This document shows, piece after piece, positions 26,845 through 34,090 of a stretch of 44,646 nucleotides of DNA; within the stretch, counting starts at the first letter, position 1, and every line of letters begins with the position of its first letter. A program made the translations under genes and the position numbers. This stretch comes from a virus (taxonomy: Duplodnaviria; Caudoviricetes), in the IMG/VR virus record IMGVR_UViG_3300033485_000302, positions 1 through 44,646 of that record; one strand, 5' to 3'. The notes under the pieces are model-generated. The model did not search any database. It was not told where the DNA came from and saw only the letters and a program-made list of their open reading frames with translations.

Positions 26845-26949
26845 ATGTTTCCTAAAACACAAAAAGAATACTGGAAAGAACGGATTGGATTAGCAATAAT
26901 TTCAATTATTTTGCAGGTATTAACTATTTTTTTGGTTTTACTAAGATGA
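26845..26949 (+). CDS. Small single-TM protein (34 aa)
   Basis: MFPKTQKEYWKERIGLAIISIILQVLTIFLVLLR; ATGA overlap with the next gene. Confidence 0.5.
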   Translation: MFPKTQKEYWKERIGLAIISIILQVLTIFLVLLR

Positions 26950-27161
26950 AACAGCCAAAGCCTAAAAAGAACAATTATCCTAACACATGGGATTTAGTAA
27001 TTATGGACATGAAAGCCCGTGATACTTTTGGTTTTAAAAAATATAAAACTCATTTGCAACCCTTTAATGGACGGGATACTTTGTACGACATTTATGAAGA
27101 ACTACTGGATGCGGTTGTTTACATAAAAACAATGATATATGAGCGGGATAACGGAAAATAA
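26946..27161 (+). CDS. Hypothetical protein, possible all-alpha NTP pyrophosphatase-like
   Basis: G.KKY..L, YEELLDAVVY (EExxD) motif. Confidence 0.55.
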   Translation: MKQPKPKKNNYPNTWDLVIMDMKARDTFGFKKYKTHLQPFNGRDTLYDIYEELLDAVVYIKTMIYERDNGK

Positions 27162-27259
27162 GCCGTTTAAAGGCATTACACGACCCCAAAATTAGCCTCA
27201 ATTTTTGTAATCCATATTACATCTTTATATTAAGTTACGGGAGTACCATTAAGCCCTTG

Positions 27260-27279
27260 TTGACATAGTTTGATATAAT
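27260..27279 (+). promoter_or_regulatory. Extended -10 promoter with TTGACA only 8 nt upstream
   Basis: TTGACA-TAGTTTGA-TATAAT; same layout at 38393. Confidence 0.5.
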
Positions 27280-27281
27280 GT

Positions 27282-27470
27282 ATGGGCGTAATAAAAAACT
27301 TGCCTTTGGAAGAAAGGTACATGAACTACTCACTGAGGTTGTTCAACTTCTTTTGGGCGAAGCAGAACTTTTACACGGTCCGTGAAAGTGAAATTCACGG
27401 ATACAGGAAAAAAGCATTTTGCGCCTTGTTAGTCGGGGTCTTCAAATGTCTGATGTATATAGTTGCTTAA
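27282..27470 (+). CDS. Hypothetical protein
   Basis: 62 aa ORF; the ATG is only 2 nt after a TATAAT, so the start is uncertain. Confidence 0.3.
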   Translation: MGVIKNLPLEERYMNYSLRLFNFFWAKQNFYTVRESEIHGYRKKAFCALLVGVFKCLMYIVA

Positions 27471-27480
27471 TTTTGGGGTA

Positions 27481-27509
27481 TTGACACTTGTACAAGTATT
27501 TGCTATACT
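27481..27509 (+). promoter_or_regulatory. Sigma70-type early promoter with palindromic operator
   Basis: TTGACA-17-TATACT with TG extension; perfect palindrome ACTTGTACAAGT at 27486-27497. Confidence 0.8.
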
Positions 27510-27549
27510 CGTCGTAAAAGTATTAAAAACGGACTAGGACGTGACGAAT

Positions 27550-27741
27550 ATGTTAATCAACTATACACCGAGTGAAAAGACAAAAGCAAAAATCAAATAC
27601 ATAAAGTTCCTCCGTGAACAGGGAAATACTTTTAGGTCTATCTCCAACCAAATGAATATCAGTCAACAGTACATAGTCGGTCTCCTGCAGTGGGATCGTG
27701 AAAACTCCGTTAAACCTGTCGAGGGAGGTGAAAAAGCATGA
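27550..27741 (+). CDS. Small helix-turn-helix DNA-binding protein
   Basis: LREQGNTFRSISNQMNISQQYIVGLL HTH pattern; AGGA SD; alternative GTG start 27541. Confidence 0.7.
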   Translation: MLINYTPSEKTKAKIKYIKFLREQGNTFRSISNQMNISQQYIVGLLQWDRENSVKPVEGGEKA

Positions 27742-27917
27742 CATTACAAAAAGCTAAAGAAGTTACTAAAGAAACCGGGATGTGGATAAGACATACAATC
27801 GTAATTTTAATCGTTATGGAAATGATGTTAATGCACGTTTTTGGTTATCTTTATTTGACTAATTACAAAGTTCAAGTGGTTAGAGCAGTTGAAGTAATTA
27901 GTCCCGTAGAAAAATAA
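27738..27917 (+). CDS. Small membrane protein (59 aa)
   Basis: GGAGGTG SD, ATGA overlap, one TM helix. Confidence 0.6.
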   Translation: MTLQKAKEVTKETGMWIRHTIVILIVMEMMLMHVFGYLYLTNYKVQVVRAVEVISPVEK

Positions 27918-27940
27918 AAGACGCTCGTGAAAGCGTCTTT
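27917..27940. terminator. Hairpin / possible bidirectional terminator
   Basis: AAAGACGCT-CGTGAA-AGCGTCTTT. Confidence 0.55.
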
Positions 27941-27958
27941 ATAAGAAAGGAAATTCTT

Positions 27959-28195
27959 ATGTATCAAATGTATCAGAACGACAATATTAAGTCAAACCCG
28001 AAAAAGTTATTTAAGGAATTTGTAACCTGTCAGAAAAATTGGTCAAAGTATGTTGATGAAGGCAAGGCTACAAAAGAAGAAGCGATAATAGCAATTTTTA
28101 CAAAGGCCATGCAGGTATTGGATAGTTTAAAAATGCCGGTAACAGACTATGACGATATTAACGTCAATATGTCTGATATGTCAGCAGGGAGGTAA
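27959..28195 (+). CDS. Hypothetical protein
   Basis: AAGGA SD; 78 aa. Confidence 0.55.
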   Translation: MYQMYQNDNIKSNPKKLFKEFVTCQKNWSKYVDEGKATKEEAIIAIFTKAMQVLDSLKMPVTDYDDINVNMSDMSAGR

Positions 28196-28197
28196 AT

Positions 28198-28509
28198 ATG
28201 AACGGAGATGCAGGAAAAAAGTTTCAATGGAGCAAATTCAGCCCAAACAGGACCGAACAGTTTGTCATCAGGACCGATGACTGGTCTGAAATGACTGAGT
28301 ACATCCTGAAAGCTAAGGCTTTGCTCCCGACAGAAAACGCTTTCCCGGATGACGAGGGAAACTTTGCTCATACGCCTGAACAGGTTGAGAAACCCAAAGA
28401 CGTATGCCCGATACACAGCGAATCTATGCGTAAGTTTACCAAGAACGGTCAAAGCTGGTTTAGCCACCGGCTTCCTGACGGGACTTGGTGTAACGGGCGA
28501 TCCAAATAA
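28198..28509 (+). CDS. Hypothetical protein with C-terminal Zn-binding motif
   Basis: GGAGG SD; CPIH...WFSH...WC. Confidence 0.65.
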   Translation: MNGDAGKKFQWSKFSPNRTEQFVIRTDDWSEMTEYILKAKALLPTENAFPDDEGNFAHTPEQVEKPKDVCPIHSESMRKFTKNGQSWFSHRLPDGTWCNGRSK

Positions 28510-28511
28510 AT

Positions 28512-28904
28512 ATGAAATTTATTAAAGGTTTTAATAATAAATACGAAATTTACGAAGACGGTCATATTTATAGTCGTAAAAGTCATAAATTTTTAAAATC
28601 ACACTTACAGTACAAAAAAGGTTATTTAAGAGTAACGCTTTGTAAAAACAATACACAAAAAATGTATTTTTTACATAGATTTATAGCAGAGTATTTTTTA
28701 CCAAAAGTTAAAGGTAAAGAATTTGTAAATCATAAAAATGGCAACAAGTTAGATAACAGGTTAAGTAATTTAGAGTGGTGTACAAAAAGCGAAAATGCTA
28801 TCCACTCTTACAAAATAGGTACACAAATAATGACACCATCCAAATGGAACGGTTTAAAAATGGGATGGGAATTAAATAAAAACAAACAAAGAAAGGCTAA
28901 ATAA
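28512..28904 (+). CDS. NUMOD4-HNH homing endonuclease
   Basis: IKGF..YEI..G.IYS, GYLRVTL, LHR.IAE.F, VNHKNGNKLDNR..NLEWCT..EN..H; AT-rich. Confidence 0.9.
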   Translation: MKFIKGFNNKYEIYEDGHIYSRKSHKFLKSHLQYKKGYLRVTLCKNNTQKMYFLHRFIAEYFLPKVKGKEFVNHKNGNKLDNRLSNLEWCTKSENAIHSYKIGTQIMTPSKWNGLKMGWELNKNKQRKAK

Positions 28905-28905
28905 T

Positions 28906-29073
28906 ATGTCATACGAAGATGCAATAACTTATCTGGATTTCTGCGAGAAGGAAGGGGTTATACACATGGACGAATACAAGGATTTGACTGAGAAAGAAAT
29001 TGTAGACATGGCTGAATACATGAGCCAGTTAGGTGACGCTTGCGTCAATTCAGCAGTAAAGGGGGAAGCATGA
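28906..29073 (+). CDS. Small acidic hypothetical protein (55 aa)
   Basis: MSYEDAITYLDFCEKEG...; fills the gap, ATGA overlap with the next gene. Confidence 0.55.
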   Translation: MSYEDAITYLDFCEKEGVIHMDEYKDLTEKEIVDMAEYMSQLGDACVNSAVKGEA

Positions 29074-29279
29074 AACGTAACCCTTATGTGTGCTTTGACT
29101 GCGGGGCTGTAACCCCGGCCCCCATGTGGCACGCAAACAATGGTTACTGTAGGTCATGTTTAAGAGCGATAAACAACCGTAATAGCATCATTGGGCAAAG
29201 TGTAGAGATTGAGCCACAGAAACCTTACGCTTCTGTGAGCTTGCCGAGGTATAAACCACATTTCACGGCAGGGAAATAA
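29070..29279 (+). CDS. Small zinc-finger protein
   Basis: CFDC...CRSC; ATG 29070. Confidence 0.55.
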   Translation: MKRNPYVCFDCGAVTPAPMWHANNGYCRSCLRAINNRNSIIGQSVEIEPQKPYASVSLPRYKPHFTAGK

Positions 29280-29373
29280 CATAAGTACTTCGGCAAGATC
29301 ACAGGGGTATAAGTGACCGCAATCGGAGCTTGTACCCTGACTAAAGCAGATAACTTGTAAAAGTGGGCGATCT

Positions 29374-29637
29374 ATGAAAACTGATGTCGATAAAACATTA
29401 CAGGCATTAAGAAAAGCCGGATCAAAAGGCATACACTCGTTTGAGTTGAACTACATTGTCGGAACTACAAGGTCAGCCGCTAGAATCCAAGACCTCAAGG
29501 ATAAAGGCTACAGAATATCCTCTAAACCGGAAAAACTGGGTGACTCATGGGGAGTCCGGTATTCCATAGAAGGCGATACAGAAAAGAAACCTAATCTAAT
29601 TTTCGATCCAGACAGGCAGGTGTACTACTATGGCTAG
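29374..29637 (+). CDS. Winged helix-turn-helix protein
   Basis: GIHSFEL...RSAARIQDLK.KGY.I.S pattern. Confidence 0.7.
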   Translation: MKTDVDKTLQALRKAGSKGIHSFELNYIVGTTRSAARIQDLKDKGYRISSKPEKLGDSWGVRYSIEGDTEKKPNLIFDPDRQVYYYG

Positions 29638-30307
29638 AAAAAGGATGATTGATCCATCAATTTGGGCAGATGAAGATTTTGGAAATTTATCTGAATCAGC
29701 AATGATTTTATTTATGGGAATTATTAGTAACGCTGATGATGAAGGACGATTACCCGGTAATTCCTTATACCTTACGTCAACAATACTTCCGTACAAAGGT
29801 TATAACATTAAACAGGCAACAACAATAAGGGATGAGGTTTTATCCAAAATGAAGTCTGTAATTTTATATGAAGTAGATGGTAAAGAATACATCCAATTAA
29901 AGAATTGGGCTTCATATCAAGCTATTAATAGACCAACTGAGAGTAAGTATCCACAACTCACTGAGGACTCACTGAAGACTCATGGAACACTCACTCCTAA
30001 TAGAATAGAAGAGAATAGAATAGAAAAGAATAGAAGAGAAGAGAAGAAACCATCACCAAGTGATTTAACGGAAGAAATAATTTTAAAAATCTCCCAAGAC
30101 TATAAATTACCACTAGCCTTTGTGACCTCTAAGGCAGATGACCTTGTTAATTGGTGTAAAGCTAAAGGAAAAGTTTATAAAGATTATCCAGCGGCATTAA
30201 GAAATTGGGTAAAAAAAGACGCTGAACGGATAGTACAGGAACAAAGATTACCGAGTAAAAGTTTAGATGCAACCACAGGAGGTACACATGAAATCATCAC
30301 AAATTGA
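29630..30307 (+). CDS. Phage replication initiator / replisome organizer
   Basis: MARKRMI.P.IW.DE.F..LS..A.LF.G....ADDEGR, NW..YQ.I.RP, NRIEENRIE linker, DY.AALRNW. Confidence 0.85.
   Translation: MARKRMIDPSIWADEDFGNLSESAMILFMGIISNADDEGRLPGNSLYLTSTILPYKGYNIKQATTIRDEVLSKMKSVILYEVDGKEYIQLKNWASYQAINRPTESKYPQLTEDSLKTHGTLTPNRIEENRIEKNRREEKKPSPSDLTEEIILKISQDYKLPLAFVTSKADDLVNWCKAKGKVYKDYPAALRNWVKKDAERIVQEQRLPSKSLDATTGGTHEIITN
29956..30051 (+). repeat. Putative replication origin: four 11-bp iterons plus purine-rich tract
   Basis: ACTCACTGAGG / ACTCACTGAAG / ACTCATGGAAC / ACTCACTCCTA, then AATAG/AAGAG repeats. Confidence 0.7.
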
Positions 30308-30554
30308 TTGGATAGTAAGAGTTGATAAAGCCGAGTTTGGTTTAACCGAGAGTCAATACCAGTTACTTAAAAAGGCATCATTATCCGGTAAAACTATGGT
30401 TTGGTTTGATTCCTTTGTAATTTCAATCCCGCATATTAGTTATATGGAAAAAGTTAAAAAACCTGAATATCCAAATATGCCTCAATTACCAGATGTATCA
30501 GTTGTAGATATGAGTAAAAAAATTAAAAAAATAAGGGAGAAATTAAGAATATGA
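30288..30554 (+). CDS. Hypothetical protein
   Basis: AGGAGG SD before ATG 30288. Confidence 0.6.
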   Translation: MKSSQIDWIVRVDKAEFGLTESQYQLLKKASLSGKTMVWFDSFVISIPHISYMEKVKKPEYPNMPQLPDVSVVDMSKKIKKIREKLRI

Positions 30555-30967
30555 CAATATTTATTCTCTTAATTGCAGTCAGTCTGTTTATAGGGTCTAA
30601 GGTAGCCCCTTATGCCCCACGCCTTTATGAAACCGGAACATATACTGTGGCTCCTAAGCTCACGCCTGCCCCTGTTCCGGTTAACAAGATCATCCAAGCC
30701 ATAGCGGTAGAATTTGAGCCGGAAGGAAAGAAAGTGGTACTGGATGCTATCCGCATTTCCTTTTGTGAGAGTGGATGGCGTCCTGAGGCTCTAAATACCA
30801 ACAAGTCGGGGTCAACCGATCACTCAATTTTTCAAGTGAACTCGTTTTGGAAGAAAGTATTTGGAGACGGGTTTACAAGTGACTGGAGGGAGAACATACG
30901 CATAGCCCACAAGATATGGCTTCGCAACCGATCTTTTGGACCGTGGGTATGCATGGACAAACTATGA
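30551..30967 (+). CDS. Membrane-anchored lysozyme-like / lytic transglycosylase
   Basis: N-terminal hydrophobic helix; CESGW..ALN.N..GS.D..IFQVN..W, ENI..A, F.PW.C. Confidence 0.75.
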   Translation: MTIFILLIAVSLFIGSKVAPYAPRLYETGTYTVAPKLTPAPVPVNKIIQAIAVEFEPEGKKVVLDAIRISFCESGWRPEALNTNKSGSTDHSIFQVNSFWKKVFGDGFTSDWRENIRIAHKIWLRNRSFGPWVCMDKL

Positions 30968-31209
30968 ACAAACAGGCATTTTTACTAGGTTTTGGAATAG
31001 GCATAACTTTCGGGGTAATTACGCTGATGTTAATTCCGTTTTTCTTCAGGGTGTTTTGTAACCCGGAAGTAATTGTCCAAAGGCGTGACGCAGTAAACAA
31101 GCACTACTACCAACTGTCAAACGGCAACGGCTTCTGGAGCGAAACGGAGCTTAAAGAAGGCAAATTATTTTGTACGTTTAAGAAACAAATAATCCAACCA
31201 ATACCATGA
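30964..31209 (+). CDS. Small membrane protein
   Basis: ATGA-coupled; N-terminal TM helix. Confidence 0.55.
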   Translation: MNKQAFLLGFGIGITFGVITLMLIPFFFRVFCNPEVIVQRRDAVNKHYYQLSNGNGFWSETELKEGKLFCTFKKQIIQPIP

Positions 31210-31616
31210 AATTTCCTAAACCACCAAAGAAAGTAAAATTAGGGACATTAAAGCGCAAAGCTGACACAGCGTTTAGCAGGTCACTACGCTCCATAATAAA
31301 TTATTGTCAAGCTTTTGGTAAAGTTAAATGTAAATGCGGTGGACCTTTACAATTAGCCCACATTGAGGGACGAGCAAATCACACTTTGCGTTTTGACCCG
31401 ATGGCGGTACTCGTTTTGTGTGCGGGGCATCATAGATTTTTTCATAGCAGGCCTATGGTTTTTATTGAGTTCCTTTTAGAGAATTATAAAAGCCAATTTG
31501 ATTACGTTATGAATAATAAAAACCGGATAACCAAAATGAAAGCCGAAGATTACCAAGACATTATAGATTTCTATACCCAACAGCATGAACAATATGAGAG
31601 CCAATCGACATTATGA
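31206..31616 (+). CDS. NinG/Rap-like recombination endonuclease
   Basis: KADTAFS..R, CQ..C, LQLAHI.GR...LRFD....LC.GHH. Confidence 0.7.
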   Translation: MKFPKPPKKVKLGTLKRKADTAFSRSLRSIINYCQAFGKVKCKCGGPLQLAHIEGRANHTLRFDPMAVLVLCAGHHRFFHSRPMVFIEFLLENYKSQFDYVMNNKNRITKMKAEDYQDIIDFYTQQHEQYESQSTL

Positions 31617-31776
31617 TCTGACAAAGGAAAAGCTGACAAGGATTTATGAAAACGGTTATTCAATATCCGTGATCCAGTCATTATACGGGATAGGAAACAA
31701 GAAACTTAAAAACTTGATGAGAAGTTACGGTATAAAGTCTAAAAAAGTCGGTTATAGATTTAGAAAACAACCATGA
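31594..31776 (+). CDS. Small HTH protein
   Basis: L..IY..GYSIS.I...YGIG..L.N.M..YGI; start 31585 or 31594. Confidence 0.55.
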   Translation: MRANRHYDLTKEKLTRIYENGYSISVIQSLYGIGNKKLKNLMRSYGIKSKKVGYRFRKQP

Positions 31777-31898
31777 AACAATACTACGGCTACGGCAAAG
31801 CAGAACAAAAAGATGACGCTATAACCAGCGCATTATTAGGCTTGTTTTCAATAATTATATTTTTGGTAATAGGTTTTATTTTAGGGAGGAGTTTATGA
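31773..31898 (+). CDS. Small single-TM protein (41 aa)
   Basis: ATGA overlaps at both ends; hydrophobic C-terminal half. Confidence 0.5.
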   Translation: MKQYYGYGKAEQKDDAITSALLGLFSIIIFLVIGFILGRSL

Positions 31899-32107
31899 CA
31901 GAAACAATAAGAAACTGTGATACTTGTAAATTTAAATCTTCGGAAGTTAGACCGATAGGCAATATGTGGTTTGGGATGGTGGACTTCTGCGAGAAAGATG
32001 AAATTATTTACAAGGCTGAACCATGCGAGTTTGAGGAAACCAGACTATTAGAGAAAGTTCGGGCTAAGTTAAATGAGTTAAGGGAGGGATTACATGACAA
32101 AATTTGA
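31895..32107 (+). CDS. Hypothetical Cys-rich protein
   Basis: GGAGG SD; CDTC..C..C. Confidence 0.6.
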   Translation: MTETIRNCDTCKFKSSEVRPIGNMWFGMVDFCEKDEIIYKAEPCEFEETRLLEKVRAKLNELREGLHDKI

Positions 32108-32255
32108 TGCAGAAATCATAGAAGTAAAAGCTAAGAAAGATGGACTTGATAGACTTTTTAGGGTAGTCTTGGAAACTAATCAACCGGCAGTAATGGAATT
32201 ACAAAAGTATATTGCCGAAAAGACGGTTGAAGTGGAGGTGAAAGATGGTAGATAA
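32094..32255 (+). CDS. Hypothetical protein (53 aa)
   Basis: GGAGG SD; MTKFDAEIIEVKAKKDGLD...; fills the gap before terS. Confidence 0.55.
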   Translation: MTKFDAEIIEVKAKKDGLDRLFRVVLETNQPAVMELQKYIAEKTVEVEVKDGR

Positions 32256-32562
32256 ACAAAAAGCCCAAACAGAAGTAATAGATTATTTGCGCAGATTGCC
32301 TGTGTATAAATGGGCTGCTGCATTTGCTGGAATAGACAGAACTACACTTGAAAACTGGAGAAAAGAAGATAAGGAATTTTCCGCAAGATGCGAAACTGCA
32401 AAAGCGGAAGCAATAGAAAGATTAGGTAAACGGGCAACGCCTGATTTTATTCTTAAAAACGTAGACCCTGAAACATTTAAAGACAAGAAAGAATTAGAAG
32501 TAAGCGGTGATCCGCTAGTAATAGTCAAAGATGGAGATAAAACTAAGCAAATGGCAAACTGA
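32245..32562 (+). CDS. terS: Terminase small subunit
   Basis: HTH AAAFAGIDRTTLENWRKEDKEF; overlaps the terL start; GGAGG SD. Confidence 0.75.
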   Translation: MVDKQKAQTEVIDYLRRLPVYKWAAAFAGIDRTTLENWRKEDKEFSARCETAKAEAIERLGKRATPDFILKNVDPETFKDKKELEVSGDPLVIVKDGDKTKQMAN

Positions 32563-33805
32563 GGTTTGGGATGATACACACAGATTCCGGGTAGTTTGCG
32601 CAGGCAGACGAAGCGGTAAGTCAGTATTGTCACAATTACAGGTAATATCATGGGCCAATGAAGCCCCCGGAAGATACTGGATAGTAGCACCAACGTATAA
32701 ACAAGCCAAACAAATACACTGGGAAGGAGTACAGCATTATGTACCACAAAAACTTATATCTAAGAAAAACGAAGTTGAACTTTCCCTCACGCTTACAAAC
32801 GGCTCAACGATTGAACTTAAGGGTGCTGAAAATCCTGATGCTCTTAGGGGTATTAAGTTACGGGGTCTTATTATTGACGAAATCGCCTCAATTAGAAACT
32901 GGGACTGGCTGTGGTCTGAAGTTTTACGGCCTACCCTCACAGATTACAGAGCACCAGTTTTGTTCATATCTACTCCGAAAGGATTTAATCACTTCCACCA
33001 ACTCTATCTCGCTGGACAGTCTGAGGGAAGCTACAAAAGCTGGAGGTTTACGTCTTATGACAACCCGTACATTTTAAAGGAGGAAATCAATGAAGCTAAA
33101 AAAGAACTCACCGAAGATACTTTCGCCCAAGAGTATATGGCAGATTTCAGAAAGTTTACGGGGCTTGTTTACAAAGAGTTCCAAAGGGAAATCCACGTTG
33201 TCGAACCCTTTGACATTGGAGATAACTGGACAGTCTATAGGGGAATTGATTTCGGAAGTACAAATCCTACAGCCTGCTTGTGGATTGCGGTTGACGGTGA
33301 CGACAACTGGTATATCGTTGACGAATATTACGAAACAGGAAAAACTATTGACTATCATGCCGGAGTCATCAACGCCAACAAATTATCACGCAGAATTAAT
33401 CAGACCTATGGAGACCCTTCAGGTGCTCAGTGGATCAGCGAGTTCAGGCAAAGGGGAGTCTACATCACACCGGCCAACAAAGAAACGGGGACTGCATTTA
33501 ATTCATGGGTACGCTACGGGATCGAAAAAATATCTGAAAGACTTAAAGTCTTACCGGGGCAAAACCCAAGATTCAAAATATTCTCCACTTGCACGAATCT
33601 TCTCCGGGAATTTGAAACATACAGATGGAGAGAGAAAAGCGTCACCCAAGCGCAAGACTTAAACGAACCTGATGTACCTGAGAAGGCTAACGATCACGCT
33701 ATGGACGCACTAAGATATTTTGCGGTGAGTTATAAGAAACATACACCTGTTGACTGGGATAATTTACCAAAGTTTAAACCGACTGACAAAGTGATTGGAA
33801 TATGA
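32531..33805 (+). CDS. terL: Terminase large subunit
   Basis: Walker A AGRRSGKS, Walker B LIIDE, ISTPKG, nuclease GIDFG, DHAMDALRY. Confidence 0.95.
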   Translation: MEIKLSKWQTEVWDDTHRFRVVCAGRRSGKSVLSQLQVISWANEAPGRYWIVAPTYKQAKQIHWEGVQHYVPQKLISKKNEVELSLTLTNGSTIELKGAENPDALRGIKLRGLIIDEIASIRNWDWLWSEVLRPTLTDYRAPVLFISTPKGFNHFHQLYLAGQSEGSYKSWRFTSYDNPYILKEEINEAKKELTEDTFAQEYMADFRKFTGLVYKEFQREIHVVEPFDIGDNWTVYRGIDFGSTNPTACLWIAVDGDDNWYIVDEYYETGKTIDYHAGVINANKLSRRINQTYGDPSGAQWISEFRQRGVYITPANKETGTAFNSWVRYGIEKISERLKVLPGQNPRFKIFSTCTNLLREFETYRWREKSVTQAQDLNEPDVPEKANDHAMDALRYFAVSYKKHTPVDWDNLPKFKPTDKVIGI

Positions 33806-34008
33806 TACTGCCTGAAGGAACAAGCGCTGAGGATTTTGCCAAGTACATAGCGGAAGAAAAACCATATCTCATTGAAATAGAGGATGAGATACAGACATCG
33901 CTTAGGTCAGGACTGGAAGGGACGCTGAAAGTTGACATACATATCCGGGGCGGGAATGTAGTCAACCTTGACTTTTGGAGACGGAAACACTGGAACAGAT
34001 ATAAGTGA
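33802..34008 (+). CDS. Hypothetical protein
   Basis: ATGA-coupled to terL. Confidence 0.55.
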   Translation: MILPEGTSAEDFAKYIAEEKPYLIEIEDEIQTSLRSGLEGTLKVDIHIRGGNVVNLDFWRRKHWNRYK

Positions 34009-34009
34009 A

Positions 34010-34090
34010 TTGACGTAGTGGAGATAGTGTGGTAAGAAGTGAGTTGTCACTCGTTAAAATTAACGCAGACACCTAACAGGTGTTTTTTTT
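34010..34090 (+). promoter_or_regulatory. Repeated leader element copy 5
   Basis: TTGACG-17-TAAGAA-GTGAG; CGTTAA..TTAACG; CAG; ACACCT-AAC-AGGTGT; T-tract; ATG 34091. Confidence 0.75.

Noticed and set aside
29280-29373. tRNA gene in intergenic gaps
   Set aside because: No cloverleaf or T-loop GTTCRA consensus found here or in other gaps.
33090-33662. Alternative-frame ORFs within terL (also 32739..33077) and the other minus-strand ORFs in the track
   Set aside because: Fully overlap well-supported genes, no recognisable motifs or SD.
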